Source: Lama glama (taxonomy: Eukaryota). From it: a stretch of 64,000 bases of DNA. The stretch is taken from contig CM052817.1 of assembly GCA_028534125.1 (NCBI GenBank), forward strand, positions 60,080,001 to 60,144,000, written 5' to 3'. Both the position numbers and the translations under genes were made by a program. Shown in pieces: positions 1 to 12,200 of the stretch (positions are counted from its first letter, which is position 1; each line of letters begins with the position of its first letter). Below the pieces are notes generated by a model. The model searched no databases, was not told the origin of the DNA, and worked only from the letters and a program-made list of their open reading frames with translations.

Positions 1-68
1 TTAGCATGGGTTTAGTGTTGTGAAACTCTTTTAGTGTTTGCTTGTCTGTGAAGTTCTTTCCCTCTCCT
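1..68 (-). mobile_element. LINE-1 ORF1p C-terminal coding fragment; element continues off the left edge
   Basis: Reverse complement reads GEGKNFTDKQTLKEFHNTKPML, matching the conserved L1 ORF1p C-terminal motif (FxDKQxLxEFxxTKP). Confidence 0.85.
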
Positions 69-568
69 NNNNNNNNNNNNNNNNNNNNNNNNNNNNNNNN
101 NNNNNNNNNNNNNNNNNNNNNNNNNNNNNNNNNNNNNNNNNNNNNNNNNNNNNNNNNNNNNNNNNNNNNNNNNNNNNNNNNNNNNNNNNNNNNNNNNNNN
201 NNNNNNNNNNNNNNNNNNNNNNNNNNNNNNNNNNNNNNNNNNNNNNNNNNNNNNNNNNNNNNNNNNNNNNNNNNNNNNNNNNNNNNNNNNNNNNNNNNNN
301 NNNNNNNNNNNNNNNNNNNNNNNNNNNNNNNNNNNNNNNNNNNNNNNNNNNNNNNNNNNNNNNNNNNNNNNNNNNNNNNNNNNNNNNNNNNNNNNNNNNN
401 NNNNNNNNNNNNNNNNNNNNNNNNNNNNNNNNNNNNNNNNNNNNNNNNNNNNNNNNNNNNNNNNNNNNNNNNNNNNNNNNNNNNNNNNNNNNNNNNNNNN
501 NNNNNNNNNNNNNNNNNNNNNNNNNNNNNNNNNNNNNNNNNNNNNNNNNNNNNNNNNNNNNNNNNNNN
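69..568. other. Assembly gap (exactly 500 N)
   Basis: Run of N from 69 to 568. Confidence 1.
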
Positions 569-1633
569 CTCAGGGGAGGCAGGTGGGCAGATCACGCCCC
601 CTTCCAGCACCATGGTCAGGTGCTGCGTTCCTGCCAGGAAAGCGGGTTGCCACCTGCCCTTTCCTGGTGCCAGTTGCTCCACTACTCTATACAGCTGCCC
701 GCTCCGCCTCGGGTCAGTGCTCTGAAGGTGAGCTCGGGGAAGACTGCAGAATGGCCCCACCTCTGCTCTGTGCCAAATCTCAGCTCCTTGTTTGTCATGG
801 CAGCGCAAGTTCTCTGAGGTGCCAGGAAAGAAAGATCTTATCTGCCTCCAGGTGTAAACAAGTCTGAGTCCTACGTAGGCGGTTGCAGAGCCTCTGGGTG
901 TGGATTCAGGTCTCGGCCCCACTGCTGTTTGCATGCTGTGCACAGGAGAATATGGTGTCTGTGGCTGAGCCCTGCCTGTCTTCTCATGAGAAGTGCCAGT
1001 AATGGCAGCGCAGGTCTGAGGAGACAAAGGCTATGGTGCCCCTCCCCCCAGGGCACACCAGTCATGTTGCTTGCTTTTTGTTCCGCAATTTATGGGGGAC
1101 CGAGGTTGTTCTACTCTGTATCCCCTCCCATCCATGGTGTGCAGCATATTGTAGTTCCCTGGGGCTGCCTCAGTGCAGCCGCCCCAGTCCTCCGCCCAGC
1201 TCAGGCCACCTGCCCCAGCCCCAGCTGTCAGCTTGCATCCCTGGCTGGGTATCATGGGGACCCTTTGTGCCCATTTAACTCAGTTCTGTCGGTCAAGGGG
1301 TGCTCGGGGCAGATCTGAGCCTCGGAGGTTCTCCTTATGTCCCACTGGCCTCTCCGTTGGAGAGGGGAGACCCAGTGAATGAGCTCCATTCCTCCTTTGC
1401 CACTGCCTCCCCGTGGGATCGGTCCCACACTGTTTTGCCTTTTCTTTTTTCTTTTTTCCTACCAGATTTTTGGAATCATTGTCTTTCGAAGAGGGAGATG
1501 TTCTGTTGGAGTTCGGCAGGTCCTCTGGTTGGCTGAGTGGGTCTGTATATGTGAGTTTTGGTGTATTTGTGGGAGAGGGTGAGCTACAGGCATCCTTCTA
1601 CTCTGCCATTTTGCTTCTCCCCCCTCCCTCCTC
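569..1633 (-). mobile_element. LINE-1 5'UTR (internal promoter region) of the same element
   Basis: GC-rich, CpG-containing block with an abrupt boundary to AT-rich DNA near 1640. The minus strand starts GAGGAGGGAGGGGGGAGAAGCAAAATGGCAGAGTAG, a typical L1 5' terminus. Same orientation as the ORF1 fragment across the gap. Confidence 0.8.
1605..1613 (+). promoter_or_regulatory. YY1-type site at the L1 5' terminus
   Basis: GCCATTTTG about 20 nt inside the L1 5' end, where mammalian L1s carry a YY1 site. Confidence 0.55.
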
Positions 1634-1854
1634 TTTTTCTTCCTGCAGTCAGTGCAACTTGAGTCATCAGGAAGAATTATATCTCCACCTATATAAAGGG
1701 AGTTTATACTTCAAAGAGGGAGAAGCAGTGAAATGCTTTATCTAACTGGTACATGGTAGGTGAACTAAGAGTGTTACATGAAAGTATAACATGCTTTATC
1801 TTAGCCACAATATTGGATTTTTTCATAAACAATATTCTTTCCAAAACTCTATGT

Positions 1855-1950
1855 CATAGATATTACTCTCATTTTACTAAGAGTAAAAAAAACTGAGGCA
1901 CTTTGAAAAATTATTTATCAAAGATTATGCATCTTGTAAGTTTGGGACCC
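1855..1950 (-). mobile_element. MIR fragment
   Basis: CATTTTACTAAGAG..AAACTGAGGC resembles the MIR core in reverse. Confidence 0.5.
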
Positions 1951-3224
1951 ATGGTCTCTTCATAATACTATGTAGTCAAAGATTGCCTGCAGTTTGAAGC
2001 AAACTGAACTCCACTTTCCCACATTTCATCTAGAGAATAAAAGTAAAGAGTTTAAATTATAGCACAGTGTGCAAAAGCCCATATTACTGTTTCTGTCATG
2101 GGACCTGTTTTTGGTGAGCAGCGTTGTCTCACTGACACAGACACATCAATTCCTACCTTATTAAAAGGTGATGCTGCGTTCCCTGAACCTCAGCATCCAC
2201 TGCAGATGTTGCTTTAGTCTCCGAGGCTTCATATTGTTGGTTAATTTACATTCTCTGACAAGTCATACCAGAAAAATCGCCTGCTCATTAAGAGCACAAA
2301 GAGAGTTTTTACATGATCTGCAAGCAGAGTATTCCTTTACTTTTATTCATTTGTAACACCTTAACTTCTTAAATATCCATTCTATGCAATAAAAATCTAA
2401 TCAAATGAAATGACTGCCAGTACAATCTGTAATATTATTAATCCATTTCCATATGTTTCTGACACCAATAAGTATGGGGATTGAACTGTGGATATTTAAT
2501 AGCTTTGTAATTCTGTTTGAAATGCCATTCTGGGGTCAGCTGAAGGAAAAACATAGCAGAAGTATCTTTTGAAACATCAAATCCATTTTCACCAATTATA
2601 TTATAGTTCCCTAGGTTTCTAAGATTTGGAAATCATCTAACAAACACATTTATGTTTTCACTTTATTGTGTTTTAGTTATGGACCCTGTACTCATAATGT
2701 AGTAACTTTATCATAAATATTATCACAGAAATGTAACAAAAATAAGCATCTCTTGAAACCAGCATGAACTTTGGTGAGATTTAAGCATTTTAAGATACTT
2801 ATCTTTGCTAATTAAATGTAAAATATAGTATAAAAATCTTTCTATTCTCTTTTAAAGCTCATATTTATACCTACAACTGAATAAATCACTAATAATAAAA
2901 CATAAGTAATGTGCTTTCAAGTGATACTATGTAAATTAAGATTAGTTAACGTCATGATTTTTCAACATTTCCCATAAATTCAAATGAAAAAGTTACAAGA
3001 TCCTCATTATTTTATTTTTTATGTAATCTGTCTATTTAAAAGAGGTCACAGTATCATTTTCCATTTAACAATCACTGAGAAATAAGAAAATAAATCCAAT
3101 TTTGGAGGGTAAAATTTAAGGTATAATTTAGAGCTTTGTCATAATTTTACTACATATGTGCCATTCAAATGCTGCTAATAAGCAAATCATCTTGTCTTAG
3201 TTACATATGTGGTTGCACAGGCAT

Positions 3225-3670
3225 TTAGTTTTTAAAAATTGTATGTGCCCTGCTACATTGAACAAGAAAGTCATGATCCCTGATCTGTTTGAATTTATAA
3301 GCAAGCAGTGGAGAGCTATACTAAAAATAATTGATATAACTATTAATTTTAATTGTGCTAAGTGCTATGAAGAGGCAATATAAAGGCTATAAGAACATGT
3401 AACCTAGCTCACCCAAGGCAGAGGTAGAAGTAGTCACATAAAGTCTCTGTTTAAGCTCTGACAATATAATAAGCAGGAGTTATCCAAGATAACTGTGGGT
3501 GGGGGCAGGAAAGAGGTAGAAATGGAGTAGGATGTGAAAGAACATTCAACAGGGAAGCAGAATGGCTGAGGCTCCACAAAATATCAGACACCCAAAGCCC
3601 TGGGAGAGGAGACTGGCAGGATCTAGATCATATAGAAACTTGCACAATATATTGAGGATTTTGAAGAAAC
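3225..3670 (-). mobile_element. L2 3' fragment
   Basis: Diverged L2 motifs (TATGTGCC..GAACAAGA..TCCCTG, AAGTGCTATGAAG, CAGGATCTAGATCATATAG). Confidence 0.55.
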
Positions 3671-4175
3671 TTATCAGTGCACCATTCCATAGTCCTTTAT
3701 TGGGCGTGCTTTATTTATAGAGAGTGGTGGTATCATTGATAGAGGATGCTGCTGTGGTACCCCTTATTTGTAACATTCACTGACAATGAAATTATTCCAT
3801 ATACAAAATAGGAATGAAAAGAATACATTATTTCTCAAGGTATGCACATTCCCTCCAAAATTTTTCACTATACTCTAGTCATGTTTGGTCTTGTCCGAAA
3901 TTCTTCTTTGAAAATATCAGTAAGTGAGTTCCTAATCTGCCTGTTACTTAGAGGTAAGCAATGGTTATTGCATGTTCATTCTAGTTTGTGTGAAGATTGA
4001 GTTTGGGAAAATCAATCTTGCCTGGAAGGCTACAGAGAATTTTCTTTCTAAATCCCTCCAAGATCAGTATTATCCCACTCTACATCACTTTTTGGTAAAC
4101 TCTGAGTTATCATTAGAGTCAAAATTATTGTACTCTTTTCTTCAAATTACTGAGAATATTTAGAAATTCCCACTG

Positions 4176-4296
4176 CAGTGGTTCTCAAATTACAGTATGA
4201 ATGCTGATGCATATCTAGGGTAAAGCTCAGGAATCTGTGTTTTTAGGAATACCTTCAGGTGATTGTTTTGCAAGCGATTCATAGATTTTGCACTCT
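4176..4296. mobile_element. hAT-Charlie non-autonomous DNA transposon (MER5-like)
   Basis: Begins CAGTGGTTCTCAAA, with internal CAGGAATCTGTGTTTT and CAGGTGATT motifs. Confidence 0.6.
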
Positions 4297-6004
4297 GATC
4301 ATTTCCTTAGAAGCAGAAGGTTTGGTCAAAAAAAAAAAATCCTCAGAATTCAGAAAAACTCCCAAGTTTGTGCAAATAAGTTGACCCTCAGATTAATCAT
4401 TTCTAAATCTGTGTGTCTACTTTTCCAGAGGAGGTCTGTGCCTAAAAGCAGACATCTTGATGTCGCAAACTAAAAATGCAAGTTCCCACAGTTCATCCTA
4501 GTTGTAACTAAAAACTTATCCCACCCCTCTTTTTGTCCTTCAGAAATACTTGAGCCTTTGTAAGTATATGTGATTCCAGGGTACTGCCACGTGACTCTTG
4601 TTTCTACAACCCAAAGTTGGCTGGCATACAGCTAGCAGCAAAATACTTAGACTACCTGGCAGTGTTCTGGTAACTTTCATTCTTTTCTGTAACTTGCACT
4701 TTTTTTCCACATTAAAATCTTGCACCAGCAAAGGGATTTAGTTTAATTGTGAGATTAATCACTGGCCTCAACACATGGTGTCCTCTGTCAGAACTGTCAG
4801 CCTCCACACTGTTCATTTCTCTGTACAGATCCAGAAGATGATTGATGTTCACTACAAAAACAAAATTTCTATTTTAAAGCTACTACTGTCATTACGCATA
4901 AAGGATGTTTGTTAATGTATGCACTATGTTAAATAAATGAGTAACTGCAGGTAAATTGTCACACTGACGATAGTTTAGAAAATTAATCTCTGACGTGTTG
5001 TAGGAATGTCATATAATCGTGCAAAATTAAGAGATATGTTTTTTTAACCTCAGATTAAAGTTATTATTCCTTTTAGACTGACTGAGGGAAAAAAACTTGT
5101 GTATGTGTGTATGTGTGTTTAATATTAAAGATTAGCTTTCAAAATGTGTTTTTAAAGTACTATGTGTGATGTAAGTAGACTTCTTTATAAAGTATATAAC
5201 TTCTTTGAAATACTGAATTCTCTTATTCTTAGAAGATATTGGTATACTGATACAGTAAGATTATCACTATCTGTTTTACATAAAAACATGAGCTCTAGAG
5301 TTATGGTGCTATATATAGTGATTTTGCTCACTATTAGTCAAAGAATCTCTAGTAGTTATTTTCTTTAAATACGTGAGTTAAAGAATTAGTGTGGAATGCG
5401 CCTCCCCCATGTACATCACCTTCCCATCACACCCACATAGGTAGTGGGTAAGTGTGAATGTCTCTATACCTGTGTGTCCTAGAAGAATATTGAGTTATTC
5501 AGTTGCATATTAAAATTGTGTGTCAACTAAAATTTTTTTCATTGTTATACTTAATTTTTATAAGATCTGCTAAAAACTACCTAGAGAGAAAATGTGCCAA
5601 CAGGAAATGTTAACCCATCATGTTGAAATATTGCCTCATCCTTCCATGAGAATTGTTCTTTGTACTTTTATAGAAAGATAATAAATAAGAAGAGGCTCTG
5701 TTACCTTCATGTGGGAAAAAAACCAAACTTCAAGATATTAAAATGAATAATGAGTTGCACCCTAGGAGTGTGTAAATGATGGTAGAATACCAGTATTTTC
5801 CTGAAAAGAACTGAAACAATATTTTTTAGGGCCTGTAGAATTTAATTATGAAAGACATCAAGAAAAAAAATGTGAGGTAATCTCAAATTCTGAGTGGAAA
5901 ATTATATGTGAAACAATTTCATCAACTAATTAAAATGTTTGTAACATGTGAAAGTTTGACTTTATCCAATAACCTAGATAATTGAATAGAGTGTTCAGTG
6001 TGCA

Positions 6005-6148
6005 AGTGAGTTCTCCAGCCACCGAAGTGTTTACATAAAGACTAGATAAATTCCTACCAGAGATACTGGAAAAGATTCCTGCATTGCATGGTAGATTCTT
6101 GTAAATTGTGTTGAAATTTTTTTCAATTCTGAGGTTCTGTGATTCTAA
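6005..6148 (+). mobile_element. L3/CR1 LINE 3' end
   Basis: GAGTTCTCC..GAAGTGTT..GATTCCTGCATTG.. ending in TTCTGAGGTTCTGTGATTCT, the CR1 3' octamer-type tail. Confidence 0.6.
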
Positions 6149-6442
6149 GAATTTATCAGGTTTCCCAGTAGTGTGTTGACTTCATTTTCTTTAGTTACTT
6201 GTTTGACCTACATATTTAAAAAAAAACTCTAAATACCTATTTTTTCCTTCTTTTCTATCTCTGTTGCCTAAGTTTAGATACTCAATATATTTTCTTTTTT
6301 ACTAGTGTGAGAGCCTTAATCAGTCATGCTGTCTCCAGATTTTTTTTCATTCAAGTCCAAATCTGTTTAAAATTTGTCAGTGTCTCCCCATATTTGAAGA
6401 GGGAAATACTACATCATTAACTGCATTGCTCTGTAAAGGAGG

Positions 6443-6622
6443 TTTTAGGAACTGATGTATGACCTCCAAAATTCGTATGTTGAAGCTCCAAGCCCTACTG
6501 TGACCATATTTGGAGATAAGGCCTTTTAAAAGGGGTAATTAAGGTTAAATGAGGTCATATGGGTGGGATTCTTATCCAGTAGGACTGGTGTCTTTATTAG
6601 AAGAGGAAGAGAAACCAGGGAT
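6443..6622 (+). mobile_element. MaLR LTR (MLT1A/B-like), 5' part
   Basis: CCAAAATTCGTATGTTGAAG..TATTTGGAGATAAGGCCTTT..TAATTAAGGTTAAATGAGGTCAT..GACTGGTGTC..AGAAGAGGA. Confidence 0.8.
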
Positions 6623-6986
6623 GAGTATTTTTTAGTAGTATGTTTCCATGAATTTTTGAACCTTGTATTCCTTATGTCTCCCAAAGGAATATGTGTGATT
6701 TAACCTAGTATTTTACTAACTCTCCTGAGCCTAATTATTATTTTACCCCATTGTTAAAAACTGAGATACCTAGTCTATATCATTAAACTTCTAATTGAGT
6801 AAATGCAAGGGGCATAGGACTGTGTATTTTTAACGAAGATTTTAGAAGATTGCAACAACTGTCAAGATTGAAAAAAAAGGAGTTTTTTTTTCAGTGCTAA
6901 CATACTAAATGCCTTGTGTGCCTGAGATATCTATTAGATTACTTATGTAAGTAAATGCAGCATCTGACAAATTTGACAGTCATAAT

Positions 6987-7094
6987 TTTTTTTTTGCTGT
7001 TTTATTTTATTTTTTTAATAGAGGTATTGGGGATTGAACCTAGGAACTTGTGCATGCTAAGCATTCACTCTACAACTGAGTTATACCCTCTCCC
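6987..7094 (-). mobile_element. tRNA-derived SINE, camelid Vic-1-like
   Basis: Minus strand GGGAGAGGGTATAACTCAGTTGTAGAGTGAATGCTTAGCATGCACAAGTTCCTAGGTTCAATCCCCAATACCTC plus A-rich tail; A and B boxes; homologous to the copy at 49280. Confidence 0.85.
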
Positions 7095-7096
7095 AA

Positions 7097-7310
7097 TTCA
7101 AGATTTGCAGATACCAACTACTATGTAAAACATAGATATACAAGTTTCTTCTGTATAGCACAGGGAACTATATTGAATATCTTGTAGTAACCTATAATGA
7201 AAAAATATGAAAACGAATATATGTATGTATATGTATGAGTGAAACATTACGCTATACATCAGAAATTGACACAACATTGTAAACTGAGTATACATCAGTT
7301 TAAAAAAAAA
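7097..7310 (+). mobile_element. Truncated lineage-specific L1 3'UTR with poly(A)
   Basis: CTGTATAGCACAGGGAACTATATT..ACACAACATTGTAAACTGAGTATAC..TTTAAAAAAAAA is an artiodactyl-type L1 3' end; homologous to the copy at 37890. Confidence 0.85.
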
Positions 7311-8029
7311 GTATTCTGGGAAAATAAAGAATGAATATGGACTTATTTTAGATAAGTAACACTGGCAAAGCTTATTCCCATACAGGGCCTGTTAAACCTT
7401 CTGTTCAAGGTAGTGAATATTCTGTGTATGTTTCTCATCTCACAGTTGGGCTGTTCTTGCATGATAATGGAAAGCTAAAAGGATTAAGACTTCTTTTTAT
7501 GCCTTCTGATCATGTATTATTGTGTGTCTACTCATCCAGATATTTCATTAAACATTATTCTTTTCTGAGGGCATTGGCAAATGACTAGTATACTTATTTG
7601 TAAGGACTTTTTTTATGCCTAAACAACAGAAACAAAAATCTTTTACCATGACTATTATACTAATCTAGTAATTTATACATTCTCAAATAAATAGGTAGAG
7701 ACAATTAACTGAAGTTTCCAAATATTACCTATTTGAAATCAATATTGATATAACTTTATACAGTTATTTCTCATGCTATTTAAATTTAATTATTTTAAAT
7801 TTCAAAGATTAAAATCTTCAGAGTGATTGAAATTCACATTAAAATTTTCAGTACATTATAAAACAAATTAGATAGTTGTAAATTTTTACTGTTTCATGAT
7901 TTTCTAAATGCCCAACTATCTGCATTCTTAGTTTTTAGAATATTGTAAGCCAAGTTTTCATGTATATTTCACTGTTTACTATTTGGCTCTTGTTCTTCAA
8001 ACATAACTTCTACATTTTACAAAAGAATA

Positions 8030-8200
8030 TTAGGAAGGAGCCTTTGAGGTATAGGATATGTTCTATATGTTGATCTGAGTGCTTTTTACATATTTTTCAC
8101 ATTACAGTTTCATATATGCTACAAGGGCATATGTAAAATTAAAGGAGCTATTTAATTAAGATATGTACATTTTATAGTTGTATATCTCAGTAAAATTTTA
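8030..8200 (+). mobile_element. Old L1 (L1M) 3' end
   Basis: ATGTTCTATATGTTGATCTGAGTG..TTAAGATATGTACATTTTAT..TATATCTCAGTAAAA. Confidence 0.55.
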
Positions 8201-8289
8201 ATATCTATATTAGAAGTTATTTTTTGTATATTTTGATTTTCTCTATTGTAAACTAAATGTATTATAATTGCTAATTTTTAATTTTAAGG

Positions 8290-8389
8290 ATAACGACTTT
8301 TCTATATTTAATTTTAGTACCCTTAATGCCTAGTACAGTGTCTCGAATATAATGGAAGTTTATAAATGTTTACTGATTGAATGAATGAA
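8290..8389 (+). mobile_element. L2 3' terminus
   Basis: TGCCTAGTACAGTGTCT..ATAAATGTTTACTGATTGAATGAATGAA. Confidence 0.65.
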
Positions 8390-9184
8390 AAATTCATTGA
8401 AACAGAAAAGTTGTACATTTCATTATCATCATTTTGCAGGTGTATATATATGATATTGAATCATACTCAGACTAGGTTGTTGTCCTCAAATGGCAGGTTT
8501 ATTGATACTTTGAGAACACTCCTAATTTTTGTTAGAATTTTAGTTTTGAAATACTATTTTTGCTGATACTTATTCTCTTAGAGTCTTTATTATCTTATTA
8601 TCATAATTTTAAATCTGAAAAGGCTTTGCTTTGAATGATAATTGTATGAAATAAAGACTGAAAATCACCTATTTATGTGTTATTTTCTCTAGTATTTTTA
8701 TTTCATATATTTATTTTAGTAAATACTCATCTGTTTTCACTGAGCTTATCTATAAAATTACCAACTGAGATTTCAAAATAAGTTTCACAAATTCCCTTAT
8801 TATTGTCTATACATGTTACTGTTAGTAGAACACCTAACAGTTTACTCAGAACTAATTTACTTTTCAATAATAATTTGAGGAACTTTAATTACTTGGTTTT
8901 TAAACTTATGTGATTAGATAGTATCTTGAGGTGGACCTGGAAATGTACAGAAAAAGACAGTTACAAACTGGAGAAAGCAGTATGCATCATACATGATGAA
9001 GAAGGAAAGGGGAAAATGAGAAAGAAAGGTGGTGATCTGGAGTGTTGAAAGTAGGATTACTAAAGGATGAGGAAGCGGTTTTGTGAAAAGGTTCAGGTCT
9101 TCATGTTCAGACAGAATGTGGATTAGTGCTAAAAAGAGTGATAGAGGGTGAGGCAACTTAACTTTATAGAGGAAATTTTCAGCA

Positions 9185-9280
9185 GAATAGAAAATGATAT
9201 CTGTTTTCCAAGATTGTTGTAAGGATAAAATGAGATAATTTTTCCAAAGTGTTTTGAAAACTGAAAGTTATATAAATGTT
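9185..9280 (+). mobile_element. MIR 3' fragment
   Basis: GATTGTTGTAAGGATAAAATGAGATAAT..AAAGTGTTTTG. Confidence 0.6.
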
Positions 9281-12200
9281 CATCCTCCTCCTCCTGCATC
9301 ATCTTCTTCTTCTACTTCTGTTTTCACTTTATTGGTGAAATTTTGAATTGAATAAATATAATATCTTGCTTTTATGTAAAAGTAGCTTGAGATATGTTGT
9401 GATTGTAAATTTTTAATATATTCATTATGAATTTTGTTTGTTTAACTGAACTTTTGTATAGTTCCAAAGAAAATGCTATGAAAATGCAATTCATGATAAC
9501 AGTATAGTGGGGTTTTAAATGCTTTTTTTTTATAGAATTGGGATTGACATAGAAGTATTATTTTAACCTTCAAAAAATGGCAAATTTACATGATTTTATT
9601 CTTACAGATCACTCTTAGCAGTTTTGTAAACATAGGTTTGTCAGACTGTCTCAAAATGCTAACAAACAAGTAAGAAAGAGAATTTTATATTATTTCCTTA
9701 CTTAGGTGTTGTCATTTAAAAGTTTGAACAAAGTGACCTATAGACTTAAAAGCCAGCTAGTAACAGTCTCTGAATATTGAAGTGAATAATTTCAAAGAAT
9801 AGCAAATACATTGTTTCCATTTTGAAGTTTTGACCTTGTTCAAAATATTTATTAACTCCACATTGTCAAATTAAAAAAAAAAAATCTGTAACTTCAACTT
9901 TCCTTCTTCCTATTTGTAGTAGTATTAGTAATGGGAAAAAATTCATTTTTATTTTGCCAATGAGTTAACGTTTTCCCTCATATGTTTCTGGATATTAACA
10001 AATAACTATCGGGACTTCACCCATGGGTGTGAATCTTTTTGATGATATCAGTTTGTACATTAGTGTCTCATTTAAACAGACTGAGCTTAGCTCTGTTGGT
10101 TTGGATAACAGTATGTTTCTAAAATATTCATTTAATTGCCTTCAGCTCTATCACTGTAATGCATACTCTCAAATGTTTTTAAAAACATATTACTAAACTG
10201 ATATGAAATCTCAACTTGTTTGAACATTTTTAAAATATATGTCCATGTATGATTATTTTAACAAATATGTAGGTGACTATCTTTGCTAATTTTAAAATTA
10301 ATTTATTTTAATATGAATGGCATATAATCTATCAGACAAGTAACATTCATAAATATATCGTTTTATTCTTAATTATTTCAGCAAAACTATATATGCATAA
10401 AATTCTGAAATTAACACATATTTTTGAATTACTATATGTATTATATTTATCATTAGTTAATATAATATAACATAATATAATATAATATATAATGTGAAAT
10501 ATTTGAAATATCTTAGGAAAGTCATCACCTTAATGTTTGTAGTCTTACATTACTTAAAAAATAAGACTTGTGATATATTTGAGTAGCTAGAAGTTATGTC
10601 TAGACTTCCTTTCAAGATAGTATTGGTCCAAATGCAGTATAAAATAGCAAACCAGGTGCCAGATATAATCCATGTGAAAGCATTTTTCCCTGGAGAATTA
10701 TTTTTCTCTCTTCAAGGGTAGCAGTAAAGATCCTGACCTGGTGATCTGAGCTGTGTCATCTTTTTTTAAGATAGTTTAAAAGTCATTTGCTTTGCTATCA
10801 AAGTGAATTATGTGGTATTAAGTACTGCAGTAGTACCATTAAACATTATGTCATCAATCTTTTTAAGGTGTGGAAAGGTCAGTGTCCAAAAGGCCATTTT
10901 TTAAATTCCCATTTTAACGCTAAGCTGAAGGTAGTTTTCATTATGTTCCTTTTTTCCTACAACTGATTTAATTCACCAAAAAATGAAAGCCTCCCATTAC
11001 TACCATGCATATTCAGCCCAAATCCAAACATTATGGATGTTATTGTTAAAATATAGACAGAAATTATATTTAAAATGTAAACAAACAGATGAAGCTGTCT
11101 CCAAATTTGAATAATAATATTAGTCACCATCAAGTAGTAGGTAAGATATAGCCATAGTATTAAAATTTCCTGAAATTCCTTGGATTTGTAACTAGTAGAA
11201 ATATATAGTGTAGTTGCTTGTTCAAAATAGTTAATCTCTCTTAACATGTAATTTTAGAAATAAAAATAATCTTGAATTTTGTATTCTCTTATAGAAATTA
11301 TAATTTTGTTTGTTTCCTTGCTTGCCAAGATAATTTTTGGATGAATTGAGGATGAGAAAAAAATAGAATAGTTTATTTTTCACTTTAAGTCAGTCAGTAT
11401 TCCAACTTTAAGTACTACTTTCAAAAATAGAGTATATTTAAAGACAACCTGGTAGAGCGTTGATTCTTCCTATATTGCTTTGATCAGTTAAACAAACCAT
11501 GTCACAAAAGGTATATTTCTGGCATTTTGTCACTTTCAGTGTGTGTGTGTGTCTGAGTTTTTCCAGTTCTTTTTTCATATTGATATCATCCTTCAGTTGC
11601 TTTTTTTTTTTTTTGAAAAACACTGTCAAAAGCACAAAGTAAGAGACAAGAAACAGTAGTTAACATAGAATTTTGAATACCTGTTGTGTACTTTATTTTT
11701 TTTTAAACCTGTTCTTAAAAACTCTAAATTGTAAATTGACATTTCAATACTTGATCATAGAAGCATTTCCTGTTTTGAAAATGACAGGTTTGAAACATAT
11801 GATTTAAGTATAACATTAAGGGTATCAGAAATGGCAATGCCTTGCTAAAAATTCTAAGATGTTTAACAAATACAAGTGTTTAATGAAACAGGGTGGGTGA
11901 TTGTGAAATCTAAGAAGCTAAAAAGAAAACAACATTATACAAGCCAGATAAATGTATTCACTGTCCTGAAGCTTGTTTCTTTTCCTTAAATTCATGGTGT
12001 TCTCCCTGCTTAAACTTCTTGTCTTTTATCTAAATATTTGTGGGCTGCTTAGTCTCTTACATATGCCTTCCTTACTTAAGCCAGTTACTGGGGACTTGCT
12101 TGACCTGGATCCCAGTTTTAATGTAGATAGTAAATAGTATTACAGGTTCTTTTATTTTTAGGTTGGACTGTTTTAGGTAAAAGGAATTTAGAGACCAATA

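Noticed and set aside
38..817. The two longest ORFs (259 and 227 aa)
   Set aside because: Artefacts of translating through the N gap.
929..1318. 129-aa + strand ORF
   Set aside because: TTG start, inside the GC-rich L1 5'UTR, no recognisable homology.
2155..2317. Minus-strand exon candidate (TTGCAG..AAG|GTAGGA)
   Set aside because: Stops in all three frames and a weak pyrimidine tract.
11438..11635. Coiled-coil-looking peptide QLKDDINMKKELEKLR
   Set aside because: Bracketed by a poly(A) run and a (CA)n repeat on the coding strand, with no convincing splice sites.
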